Shown here: positions 9,101 to 17,778 of the stretch, in pieces
Layout of the letters: every line of letters starts with the position of its first letter
Numbering within the stretch: position 1 is the first letter of the stretch
NCBI GenBank assembly: GCA_964564545.1
Contig: CAZMBP010000028.1
Span: 62,046 to 126,045, forward strand
Direction: 5' to 3'
Length of the DNA stretch: 64,000 bases
From: an uncultured Saprospiraceae bacterium
GTDB taxonomy: Bacteria; Bacteroidota; Bacteroidia; Chitinophagales; Saprospiraceae
Notes under the pieces: model-generated
Told to the model about the DNA's origin: nothing
Database searches by the model: none
The model's input: only the letters and a program-made list of their open reading frames with translations
Position numbers and translations under genes: made by a program

Positions 9101-12100
9101 CTTATATCAAGGCGTTTTGGAAAATTACGGCTACGATGGTGCAACTTATCCTAAAAAAGAATGGATCATTACCGAGAGTAATTTACCTAGAAGAGAGTTC
9201 CAAGATTTTATTGGAAATGAAGATGCTCAAATTAACTACATGGCAAAAGCTGTCGTGACTTGTTATAAAAATGCAATTCACCAGTTCCACGTTTACAATT
9301 TAGGCGAAGCCGAATTTATCAATAGTGCGACTCGTGAATTTGATGTAATGGGAATGTATCAAAAACTAATTGGACAACCTGAATATTCTCATGTTGTCAA
9401 CTTAGAAGGTATTTCTTATAAAACTGCTTCCGACATTTTGTTTGGAACTGAATATGATGAAGCCAAAACTAATGCAATGAATTTACCTCCTGAAATTGAT
9501 GGAGCTGCATTTGTTGACGCTGCTGGAAATTATTTATATGCGCTTTGGGCGATTACAACTGAAGATCAAAGTGAAGTGGCCAATGCAACTTACTCTTTCC
9601 CTGGCTCATTTAATATTTCAGATTTATATAAAAGAGAATGGGATTACTCAGAGACAGATTCGACTCAAACGATTAGTCCGAATAATGTAGCACTTACTGG
9701 TCGTCCAATTTATTTATTGGAAAATCAAACTACCATTGTAGTTCCAACAGCTACATTTTTCCCAGACAATAGTGTTGGCTGTGCACCACTTACAGTTACC
9801 TTCGACGATATGTCTCATGCCAATATTGATTCTTGGAGTTGGACTTTTACTGGTCCAAATGGATTTAATATGACTTCGACAGACCAAGAACCTTCGATTA
9901 CATTTAATGATCCAGGGACTTATACAGCTACACTTGAAGTAAGTAATGCAGCTGGTTCCAATACCACCTCCCAATTGATCCAAGTGGATGGTGCATTGAG
10001 TGCTGGATTTACTTATGTGATCAATGGGAACCAAGTTACCTTTACAAATACATCCGTCAATGCAACCCATTTTGCATGGGACTTTGGAGATTCTTCAGGT
10101 TTTACAGATCAAGAAAATCCAACTTATACATATGCTGGAGATGGATTGTACAATATTGGTTTATCAGCTTCCAATTCTTGTGATACAATAGTTGTTTCTC
10201 AAATTATTGAAATAGGAATAGGATCAGGAGTACCTCCTACTGCTAATTTTGCCACTAACTTATCTGCAGGATGTGGACCATTGACCATAAGCTATATTAA
10301 TCTTTCTTCAGATGCCACCAATTTCTTGTGGACTTTCCCTGGAGGAACACCTGCTAATTCTACTGAACAAAATCCAACAATAGTATATAATACTCCTGGA
10401 AATTATGATGTAACCCTAGAAGCATCAAATGCTTCAGGCACCACTACTTTTACTCAGACAGGCTTGATTAATGTGCTTGGACTTCCTTCGCCAAGTTATA
10501 CTTATGATTTAACCAACTCTCCAACTTTGAATTTCACCAATAACTCCCTGAACGGGATCAGTTATTATTGGGATTTTGGTGATGGAAATAATAGTCAGTT
10601 GCAAGATCCTGTTCATACGTATTCTGCAGGTGGAGCTTATACGGTTACCATGACTGCTGCCAACGGATGTGGTTCTGCATCATTTTCACAAATTGTGAAT
10701 ATCGATGCAAGTAACCTTCCTCCTACGGCTGGATTTACTTCTGATAATATTAATGGATGTGCTCCTATGGAAATTAATTTCATGGATAATTCAATCGGAG
10801 CAGAAAGTTGGAGCTGGACTTTCCCTGGAGGAACACCTGCTACTTCTACTGCACAAAATCCATCAGTTACTTATGATCTTGCTGGAACTTATGATGTTAC
10901 ATTAGAAGTCAGTAACACAAATGGAACCGATATTACGACAACGACATCATACATTACTATTCTAGAAGAACCTACATCTAACTATACATTTACTACACTA
11001 GATTCATTAGTTACTTTTACTAATTTAAGTAGTTCAAATTCATTTAACTATACTTGGAGTTTCGGGGATGGAACATATAGTAATGACGAAAATCCAACTC
11101 ACATTTATGGTGCTTCAGGAGTTTACGAAGTTACTCTTACAGCAACTAATGGCTGTGGTTCTCATTCTACAACTTTCTTTATTGATATTACAACAGGTTT
11201 AGGAAGTGCTCCTGCCGCTTCATTTACTTCAGATGTTAATTCAGGTTGTGGTCCATTAGAAGTTCAATTTACAGATCTTTCTGCAGGTGGGGCAACCTCT
11301 TGGAATTGGTCTTTCCCTGGAGCAATGCCTTCAACTTCTACTGACCAAAACCCAACTGTTACTTATCCAAATCAAGGTTCTTACACCGTGACTTTGGAAG
11401 TAAGTAATTCTTTTGGAAATGATATTGCTACTCAAGTCTCATACATCAATGTAGAAGGAAATCCAACTTCTGGTTTCTCTTCAACATTAAATGCATTGAT
11501 GGCAAACTTTAGTAATACTTCAACTGGAGCAACTTCTTACTCTTGGGATTTCGGTGATGGAAATACAAGTACCGAAGCTAACCCGATGCATACCTATGCA
11601 ACAGGAGGAGGATATACCGTAACACTTATCGCAACTAACGATTGTGGATCAACAACTTTTATAGATAATATTTCTTTTGCAAATCTTCCAGTAGCTGCTT
11701 TTGATTCAGATATCACTAGTGGTTGTGGTCCATTGGAAATCCAGTTTAATGATAACTCAACAAATGCAACAGATTGGAACTGGTCATTCCCAGGTGGAAC
11801 GCCAGCAACTTCTAATGTCGAAAATCCAATCGTAACGTACGATACTCCTGGAACTTACAATGTAACTTTAGTTGCCTCAAATTCTTCAGGCAGTAATACT
11901 AGTTCTCAAACTGCATACATCGAAGTCTTAAATAATGCAAACCCTTCATTTACCTCTACGACGAATGCATTGGTTGCAATGTTTACCAATACATCTACCT
12001 ATGCCACTTCATATCTTTGGGATTTTGGTGATGGAAATACATCGATGGGAACTGATCCAAATCATATTTATGCAGCCGATGGAACTTACACAGTTACCTT

Positions 12101-14834
12101 GACTGCAACTAATTCATGTGGTTCAGTAACTTCTACACAAGAGGTAACGGTCACAAGTTTACCTCTCGCTGGTTTCATTTCGAATGCAACAAATGGTTGT
12201 GCTCCTTTTGAAGTTCAATTCACAGATCAGTCTTCTGCCAATACAACAAGTTGGGCTTGGAGTTTCCCAGGAGGAACACCTGCTACCTCTACGGATCAAA
12301 ATCCAGTTATCACTTATAATGATGCTGGATCTTACGATGTCATTCTAGTAGCAACTAATGCAGCTGGAAATAGTACTCAAACTCAATTATCATACATCGC
12401 AGTTGCAACTACAGCAGATATTTCATTTGGAACTAATGTTACTAGTTTGACTGCAACATTTAATAATACTTCTACCAACGCAATTTCATACTTCTGGGAT
12501 TTCGGTGATGGAAATATAAGTACTGATGAAAATCCAATTCATGATTATGCTGCTAATGGAACTTACGTAGTTACCTTGACTGCAGCGAATGCATGTGGAT
12601 CAGTTTCAACAACTGAAACAATCGAAGTACAATACTCAGGTTCTGCGCCTTCGGCAAATTTCTCAGCAAATGTAACTTCTGGTTGTTCACCTATCACAGT
12701 TGAGTTTACTGATTTATCATCAGCTGATGCAACCATGTGGGAATGGAGTTTCCCTGGAGGAACACCTTCAACTTCTACGGATCAAAATCCAACCGTAACT
12801 TATGCGAATGCAGGAATGTACGATGTCGTTTTAGTAGTAAGTAACCCAGCTGGAAGTAATACTGCTTCCCAAACTTCATTGATTGTAGTTACTGCCGAAC
12901 CAGTTGCCAACTTTATCTCAGGTATAAATGGAAATACGATTTCCTTGACAAATACCTCTACCGGTGCAACTTCATACTCTTGGGACTTTGGTGATGGAAG
13001 TATGGTAAGTACTGATGAAAATCCAACTCATAACTATGCGATGGATGGAACATATACTGTTACTTTAACTGCAACTAATCCATGTGGAACGGTAACTACA
13101 ACTGAAACAATTACCATTACAACTGCTCCGAACGTTGCTTTCTCAGCAGACATCCTTTCAGGATGTACTCCTTTGGAAGTAAACTTTACGGATCAAAGTA
13201 CAGGTACTATTAGTAGTTGGTTATGGGAAATAACTGGAGCTACTCCTAGTAGTTCTACTGACCAAAATCCAACTTTCACATTCGATACTCCTGGAACTTA
13301 TGACGTGACGTTAACGGTAACTAATGCTTCAGGAAATTATCCAATTACTCAAACTTCATATATCGTAGTTGGAAGTACTCCAATTGCAGACTTTGATGTT
13401 AACTTCTCAGGAGGTGTTTATTCTTTTACCAACAACACAACAGGTGCGACTTCATACTCTTGGGATTTCGGTGATGGGAATATGAGTACAGATATGAACC
13501 CAACTCATACTTATACTACTGATGGAACTTTCGTGACAACATTAACTGCAACTAATGATTGTGGGTCAGTTACAACTACTCAAACAATTACAGTTACAAC
13601 TATACCTGTAGTTGCTTTCACAGCAGATGTAGTTTCTGGTTGTGCTCCATTAGTAGTTAACTTCATGGATGAAACAACAGGAACAGTTAATAGCTGGTCT
13701 TGGGAAATTCAAGGAGGTACACCAAATACTTCTACAGAACAAAACCCAACTGTTACCTTCGATACGCCTGGAACTTACGATGTGACTTTAACCGTAACTA
13801 ACCCTAACGGAAGTTACCCAATCACTCAAACTTCCATGATCGTTGTCGAAGCTACTCCATCCGCTGCCTTCGATGCGAACTTAAGTGGATCAGTTTATTC
13901 ATTTACAAATAACTCAACTGGAGCGACAAGTTACGTTTGGGACTTCGGAGATGGAAGTATGACCAGTACTGAAATGAATCCAACTCACTCTTACGCATTG
14001 AGTGGTTCATACACAGTTCAATTGATTTCAAATGGACCATGTGGTTCAGATACTACGGAATTATTGTTAGCAGTAGTAGCTGCCCCAATGGCGGCATTCA
14101 GTTCAGATACAACATTTGGATGTGCTCCTTTTACAGTTCAATTTACAGATGAGTCTGCTAATGCAACAGCTTGGAACTGGACATTCGATGGTGGTACTCC
14201 AAGTACCTCTACGGATCAAAATCCATTAATCACTTACGATACTCCTGGAACTTATGCAGTTACTTTAGATGCATCGAATAGTGTTGGCTCAGATAATATT
14301 TCCATCAATTCTTACATTGTGGTAGATGATGTACCAACTGCTTCCTTCTCAGCGAATGCAGATACTACTCATGTTGTATTTTTAAATACTTCAATGGGTG
14401 GAACTAACCCAACTTACTTATGGGACTTCGGTGATGGAAATACAAGTACGGAAGAAACTCCTACCCACGATTATGCAGGGGGAGGAACTTATACTGTAAC
14501 GCTAACTGTAACGAATGATTGTGGAACGGAAACTTTCGAAATGTCGATCGTCATCACAACTGCAACTAATGAAATTACTTTCTTAGAAGAATTTTTATTG
14601 TTCCCAAATCCAAATGATGGACAATTCACTATTGTCCTCAAAGGTGAGCCAAAAGATGATCTTCACATCAATTTGATAAATATTATCGGACAATACATTC
14701 ACAAAGAAGAAGTAGATTTCACTTCTGGTCAATTGACTAAAACGTTCAACTTTGATCGTTTACCGGTTGGAACTTACATTGTTGAGTTAAAGTCTAATCA
14801 ACAAGTTTCTTACAAAAAAGTAGTGATCGAATAA
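6141..14834 (+). CDS. Giant (2897 aa) T9SS-secreted protein: two clan GH-A-like TIM-barrel modules, 22 PKD domains and a T9SS CTD
   Basis: Signal peptide MKNFTTTLTLLLVLISGSLFAQ. FWEIWNEPG (acid/base-like NEP) and WIITE(I/S)N (nucleophile-like) each occur twice. There are 11 W.FPGGTP.TST.QNP.v.Y-type and 11 WDFGDGN.S....P.H.Y-type PKD units. The C-terminus reads FPNPNDGQFTIVL...VGTYIVELK...KKVVIE. Confidence 0.9.
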   Translation: MKNFTTTLTLLLVLISGSLFAQVNYTAKDQVTTYNDVFLFGSNFGYNPPWQDEDLANIAAGNPSLGIDGVGVKSSRPTLPGWFMEEYGYDFRLNTYQHYADLGLRDNVCIVGFPSDDQKETDQPCPGIQSEMFDNLYTDIWDGGANGTPYNDDNYYAAYLYKTVSMYKQHVKFWEIWNEPGFDYSGNCGWREPGDPVCNWWDNDPDPCINKLRAPIQHYVRTLRISWEIIKTLDPDAYVIVAGVGFPSFLDAILRNTDNPVDGSVTADYPHGGGAYFDVMGFHSYTHFDGTMKYWDNNLGQFVYERHSDKGASGVLRRQDQYQDVLDVYGFDGVTYPEKEWIITEINGPRKQFQDFVGSEEYQRNFLLKGAVTCMKNDIRAMHVYNLAERKTYNEATGEFDLFGLYEKVKDTQPYNQVKTGEGIAYKTMSDLIFGSTYDATRTAQLNMPPEVDGGAFLDTDGNYTYIMWAKTTVDMSEVANATYSFPASLNINYLEARNWEYSSTFQSSQVDPSSVALTAEPTFFTESIFSTDISAGCEPLTVNFQERYAGTAASYNWTFDGGIPATSTSENPTIDYANAGTYEFTLDVLDGNGDTLATQTSYVVVTAPPSADFSYTLSGPIIVFENNSSANTDTYNWVFGDGNTSTEREPTHVYNTNGTYTITMIASNGCGASTQTATITINTSSNFQIPYNANTVLDPYDGPFRPGTNFGYNPPWTDFSLADIAAGNPSLNIKGVGVKASRPSLPGWFVNEYGYEFNLPNYQHYDNLGLEENVLIIGFPAPEERDPAYYCDGVQSEMFANMYSDIWDDGTDGTPYNDENYLAAYLYKVVTLYGDNVRFWEIWNEPGFDYTGNCGWREPGDPVCNWWDQNPDPCDFKLRAPIMHYVRILRISYEIIKTLQPDDYLVVAGVGFPSYLDAILRNTDNPVDGSVTADYPLGGGAYFDVMGFHAYPHFDGTMRWWDNSIGGFHYERHSDQAITGIKNRQNLYQGVLENYGYDGATYPKKEWIITESNLPRREFQDFIGNEDAQINYMAKAVVTCYKNAIHQFHVYNLGEAEFINSATREFDVMGMYQKLIGQPEYSHVVNLEGISYKTASDILFGTEYDEAKTNAMNLPPEIDGAAFVDAAGNYLYALWAITTEDQSEVANATYSFPGSFNISDLYKREWDYSETDSTQTISPNNVALTGRPIYLLENQTTIVVPTATFFPDNSVGCAPLTVTFDDMSHANIDSWSWTFTGPNGFNMTSTDQEPSITFNDPGTYTATLEVSNAAGSNTTSQLIQVDGALSAGFTYVINGNQVTFTNTSVNATHFAWDFGDSSGFTDQENPTYTYAGDGLYNIGLSASNSCDTIVVSQIIEIGIGSGVPPTANFATNLSAGCGPLTISYINLSSDATNFLWTFPGGTPANSTEQNPTIVYNTPGNYDVTLEASNASGTTTFTQTGLINVLGLPSPSYTYDLTNSPTLNFTNNSLNGISYYWDFGDGNNSQLQDPVHTYSAGGAYTVTMTAANGCGSASFSQIVNIDASNLPPTAGFTSDNINGCAPMEINFMDNSIGAESWSWTFPGGTPATSTAQNPSVTYDLAGTYDVTLEVSNTNGTDITTTTSYITILEEPTSNYTFTTLDSLVTFTNLSSSNSFNYTWSFGDGTYSNDENPTHIYGASGVYEVTLTATNGCGSHSTTFFIDITTGLGSAPAASFTSDVNSGCGPLEVQFTDLSAGGATSWNWSFPGAMPSTSTDQNPTVTYPNQGSYTVTLEVSNSFGNDIATQVSYINVEGNPTSGFSSTLNALMANFSNTSTGATSYSWDFGDGNTSTEANPMHTYATGGGYTVTLIATNDCGSTTFIDNISFANLPVAAFDSDITSGCGPLEIQFNDNSTNATDWNWSFPGGTPATSNVENPIVTYDTPGTYNVTLVASNSSGSNTSSQTAYIEVLNNANPSFTSTTNALVAMFTNTSTYATSYLWDFGDGNTSMGTDPNHIYAADGTYTVTLTATNSCGSVTSTQEVTVTSLPLAGFISNATNGCAPFEVQFTDQSSANTTSWAWSFPGGTPATSTDQNPVITYNDAGSYDVILVATNAAGNSTQTQLSYIAVATTADISFGTNVTSLTATFNNTSTNAISYFWDFGDGNISTDENPIHDYAANGTYVVTLTAANACGSVSTTETIEVQYSGSAPSANFSANVTSGCSPITVEFTDLSSADATMWEWSFPGGTPSTSTDQNPTVTYANAGMYDVVLVVSNPAGSNTASQTSLIVVTAEPVANFISGINGNTISLTNTSTGATSYSWDFGDGSMVSTDENPTHNYAMDGTYTVTLTATNPCGTVTTTETITITTAPNVAFSADILSGCTPLEVNFTDQSTGTISSWLWEITGATPSSSTDQNPTFTFDTPGTYDVTLTVTNASGNYPITQTSYIVVGSTPIADFDVNFSGGVYSFTNNTTGATSYSWDFGDGNMSTDMNPTHTYTTDGTFVTTLTATNDCGSVTTTQTITVTTIPVVAFTADVVSGCAPLVVNFMDETTGTVNSWSWEIQGGTPNTSTEQNPTVTFDTPGTYDVTLTVTNPNGSYPITQTSMIVVEATPSAAFDANLSGSVYSFTNNSTGATSYVWDFGDGSMTSTEMNPTHSYALSGSYTVQLISNGPCGSDTTELLLAVVAAPMAAFSSDTTFGCAPFTVQFTDESANATAWNWTFDGGTPSTSTDQNPLITYDTPGTYAVTLDASNSVGSDNISINSYIVVDDVPTASFSANADTTHVVFLNTSMGGTNPTYLWDFGDGNTSTEETPTHDYAGGGTYTVTLTVTNDCGTETFEMSIVITTATNEITFLEEFLLFPNPNDGQFTIVLKGEPKDDLHINLINIIGQYIHKEEVDFTSGQLTKTFNFDRLPVGTYIVELKSNQQVSYKKVVIE
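6204..10235 (+). repeat. Tandem duplication of a ~2.0-kb module (GH-A-like domain + PKD-A + PKD-B) inside the giant CDS
   Basis: The FWEIWNEP codons at 6657 and 8658 are exactly 2001 nt (667 codons) apart. The two copies are collinear at protein level, with patches of near-identical DNA. Confidence 0.85.
9745..14570 (+). repeat. In-frame tandem array of alternating PKD-A/PKD-B pairs, period about 475-490 nt
   Basis: A-type unit starts (F..D...GC.P) lie near 9757, 10247, 10733, 11222, 11700, 12175, 12660, 13140, 13618 and 14097. Confidence 0.85.
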
Positions 14835-14860
14835 TCACTTTCTTTTGATAAAATATGAAA

Positions 14861-14897
14861 GCCCAAGTTTTTCCTTTAGAAAAACTTGGGCTTTTTT
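14861..14897 (+). terminator. Rho-independent terminator of the giant gene
   Basis: gcccaagttttt / aaaaacttgggc followed by tttttt. Confidence 0.75.
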
Positions 14898-14996
14898 ATT
14901 TGAAAACACCTTAACTCATTCTCTTAAAAAGCAACCATATTCTCTCTCCCATCGTTCTATAAATAACTATTTTTATAAATCATCTAACGCCAACAT

Positions 14997-15449
14997 ATGA
15001 AAATCTTAATGGTCTGTCTCGGTAACATTTGCCGTTCGCCCCTTGCAGAAGGCATTATGAAATATAAAATCCAAGAGCATTCACTCAACTGGGAAGTTGA
15101 TTCCGCAGGTACTGGTGCATGGCATGCTGGTGAACTCCCCGATCCTCGCTCCATCAAAGTTGCTCAAAAAAACAATATTGATATTACCGATCAACGAGGT
15201 CGACAATTCAAAGCTCACGACTTGGATAATTTCGATTTAGTTCTCACTATGGATGCCACAAATTTTCAAAATGTAAGGCATTTGGCGACTTCTTCTGAAC
15301 AAGAAGATAAGATTCACCTCATTATGAATTTTGTCAATCCTGGTTTTAACCAACAAGTTCCTGACCCCTATTATGGTACTGATGGCTTCGAAAGTGTATT
15401 TGAAATGCTAGATGAGGCTTGTGACAAGATCATCAACAAATACAAATAA
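14997..15449 (+). CDS. Low-molecular-weight protein-tyrosine phosphatase
   Basis: P-loop VCLGNICRSP (CX5R) at the N-terminus and a DPYY motif near the C-terminus. The length is 150 aa. Confidence 0.85.
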   Translation: MKILMVCLGNICRSPLAEGIMKYKIQEHSLNWEVDSAGTGAWHAGELPDPRSIKVAQKNNIDITDQRGRQFKAHDLDNFDLVLTMDATNFQNVRHLATSSEQEDKIHLIMNFVNPGFNQQVPDPYYGTDGFESVFEMLDEACDKIINKYK

Positions 15450-15583
15450 TATTACTTCATAAAAATCTAATAATCAATTAATTACACCTAATCACCCACT
15501 AAAACCAGACTTCCATATTTTATTAAAACTCCTCGTTTTTTCGTATTTTTAGTAGTTAATCGTTCACCAAAACAACTAAAAAT

Positions 15584-16678
15584 ATGTCAAAAAAAACTAC
15601 CTACTCAGAAGCTAACATCCAAACTCTAGATTGGAAAGATCATATTCGCCTACGGGCTGGAATGTACATTGGATCAGTAGATGCAAAAGGGTTTATGCTT
15701 ATGCTAAAAACTATTTTTTCAAACAGTTTTAGTATCTCAATGGCCGACTATTTCATAATTGAATTTCGAGGAAATCGTTCTGCTAGCTTTATTTTCAAAA
15801 ATATGAAACGAGCACATTTAGACTCTTGGGCAACTGATACATTTAACTCGCGTTATGCCAACCATCATCTATCACTTCCTGTACTAAACGCTTTAAGCTC
15901 AGAATTCAACATTAAGTTTTTAGATAAAAAAGGAAATCAAATAGTTGAGCAGAAATTTGAAAAAGGAGAAGTAAAAAAAGGGGAAGTTGAAAATAAAAAG
16001 TTGAATTGTCTTTCTGTTGAAATTGACTTTAAATTAGATGATGAAATTTGGGGAAATAATCTCGAATGGAATACAAATTATATTATTCATCAAATCAAAG
16101 ATTTTGCTTACCTCTACAAAAATGTAAAATTTGAAATCATATATAAATTAGATAAAGAACCTTGTCGAATCATTTATCACTTTAAACATGGATTGAAGGA
16201 TCGAATTGATATTGAAAGACTTAACGGACTCATTCGCAGTCAATTGCCTATTTACTTTGAAAAAGAATTTGATACTTTTTCAATAGAGTTAGCATTTGCC
16301 TTTAGCAGTTATTCCATAGATGCTCCCTTCTTAAAATCTTACGCCAATGACTTACTTACGCATCTAGGAGGTACACATGTCAAAAGTTTAATAACAGGAA
16401 TAAGAATGGCTCTTAAAAAATATGTCCATGAAAAAAAGTTGAAAAAGAAATATAATTTTTCAAAAAAGAAAATCACTCGCAATTTAATTGCAGCAATAAA
16501 TTTAAGAATGCAATCTGCTATTTATTCAGGCTGTACTCGAAATAAATTAGGTAACCAAGAAATTATAAAACCTCTTTCAAGTTATATCTCAGAAACTTTG
16601 TTTGACCAACTTAAGACTAATGAAGAAGAGGCTCAAAGATTACTTAGTGACTTTGAAGTCAGAGAGAGATATTATTAA
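15584..16678 (+). CDS. GyrB/ParE N-terminal (GHKL + transducer)-like protein, apparently catalytically degenerate, with no TOPRIM domain
   Basis: YSEANIQTLDWKDHIRLRAGMYIGS matches the GyrB N-terminus. GGTHVKSLITGIRMALKKY and NLIAAINLRMQSAIYSGCTRNKLGN match the transducer region. The ATP-site residues are substituted. Confidence 0.6.
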   Translation: MSKKTTYSEANIQTLDWKDHIRLRAGMYIGSVDAKGFMLMLKTIFSNSFSISMADYFIIEFRGNRSASFIFKNMKRAHLDSWATDTFNSRYANHHLSLPVLNALSSEFNIKFLDKKGNQIVEQKFEKGEVKKGEVENKKLNCLSVEIDFKLDDEIWGNNLEWNTNYIIHQIKDFAYLYKNVKFEIIYKLDKEPCRIIYHFKHGLKDRIDIERLNGLIRSQLPIYFEKEFDTFSIELAFAFSSYSIDAPFLKSYANDLLTHLGGTHVKSLITGIRMALKKYVHEKKLKKKYNFSKKKITRNLIAAINLRMQSAIYSGCTRNKLGNQEIIKPLSSYISETLFDQLKTNEEEAQRLLSDFEVRERYY

Positions 16679-16685
16679 AACTAAA

Positions 16686-16730
16686 AAGCCGTAATTATTT
16701 TATAACAAAACATTTACGGCTTCCTTTTTT
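16686..16730. terminator. Bidirectional terminator between convergent genes
   Basis: aagccgtaa / ttacggctt stem, flanked by an A-run upstream and a T-run downstream. Confidence 0.55.
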
Positions 16731-16745
16731 ATTAGATAAAATATA

Positions 16746-17747
16746 CTATCCTGGATCAGACTCTGCCCCACTCTCATGTCCAACCAATCCTCTAAATGCA
16801 TCTCTCACCGTACTTCCTTCATTAATCACTTTATACATTTCTTCAGTAATTGGCATTTCTACATTATATTGATGCGCTAATTCTCTAACAACTCCACAGG
16901 TTTTTACACCTTCTGCCACCATTGACATTTCATCAATTATTTCTTTAAGAGTTCTCCCTTGCCCTAAGTGATAGCCTACCGTTCGATTTCGACTTTGCGT
17001 ACTACTACAAGTTGCCACCAAGTCACCCATTCCTGCTAGACCTGCAAAAGTCAACGGATCACCACCCATCGCAACACCCAAACGAGTCAACTCTGCCAAA
17101 CCTCTTGTAATGATAGCAGCACGAGTATTATCTCCTGCACCTGTCCCATCACCCATTCCAGCAGCTATGGCAATTACATTTTTCAATGCGCCTCCTAGCT
17201 CACAGCCAACTACATCTACATTAGTATAAACTCGAAATAGACCAGTACTAAAAACCTTTTTCAATTCATTAGCCATCGAATCGTCGACCATCGCAATTAC
17301 ACTTGCCGCAGCTTGCCCAGCCATAATTTCCCTTGCCAAATTCGGCCCAGTCAAAACGCCCGCAGGATGTCCAGGCATAACCGTTTCGATGATTTCAGTC
17401 ATTCGCATTTTGGTCCCTTGCTCTAATCCTTTGGATAAACTTATTATTGGAATCCAAGGTCGAATATATGGTTTCGCATCTTCAAGTACCCTACGAAAAC
17501 TTTGAGAAGGAACTCCCATCACTAAAACGTCTGCATCATAAATAGCTTCCTCAATGGAGTTAGTTGCAACGAGTGAAGGAGTCAAATCTGCTCCTGGAAG
17601 ATATTTTTCATTACGATGATTATTATTAATATCATCGACTGTAGCTTGGTTCCGAGCCCACATTTTCACAGGTCTTTTTCTGGCGATCATAGAAGCTACT
17701 GTTGTTCCCCATGATCCTCCTCCTAGGAGTCCGATTTTTAAATCCAT
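16746..17747 (-). CDS. gpsA: NAD(P)H-dependent glycerol-3-phosphate dehydrogenase
   Basis: Motifs GGGSWGTT (Rossmann), SLSKGLE, GPNLAREI, GALKNVIAIAAG and STQSRNR. From memory, the overall sequence looks closest to actinobacterial GpsA. Confidence 0.9.
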   Translation of the reverse strand: MDLKIGLLGGGSWGTTVASMIARKRPVKMWARNQATVDDINNNHRNEKYLPGADLTPSLVATNSIEEAIYDADVLVMGVPSQSFRRVLEDAKPYIRPWIPIISLSKGLEQGTKMRMTEIIETVMPGHPAGVLTGPNLAREIMAGQAAASVIAMVDDSMANELKKVFSTGLFRVYTNVDVVGCELGGALKNVIAIAAGMGDGTGAGDNTRAAIITRGLAELTRLGVAMGGDPLTFAGLAGMGDLVATCSSTQSRNRTVGYHLGQGRTLKEIIDEMSMVAEGVKTCGVVRELAHQYNVEMPITEEMYKVINEGSTVRDAFRGLVGHESGAESDPG

Positions 17748-17778
17748 AGTTTTTGATTTGGTTATGATTGTTTCGTTT

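Noticed and set aside
6195-10905. About a dozen 60-125-aa track ORFs on both strands inside the giant gene (for example 6195-6434, 6388-6762, 7177-7461, 8989-9258, 9714-10070, 10705-10905).
   Set aside because: All are embedded in a continuous 8.7-kb ORF with strong domain signatures. Their translations are low-complexity and have no motifs. They are typical frame-shadow ORFs.
9745-14570. Regular ~480-nt periodicity that might suggest a CRISPR-like or satellite array.
   Set aside because: The repeats are in frame and encode PKD domains. They diverge at the DNA level and have no short identical repeats with unique spacers. This is not a CRISPR array.
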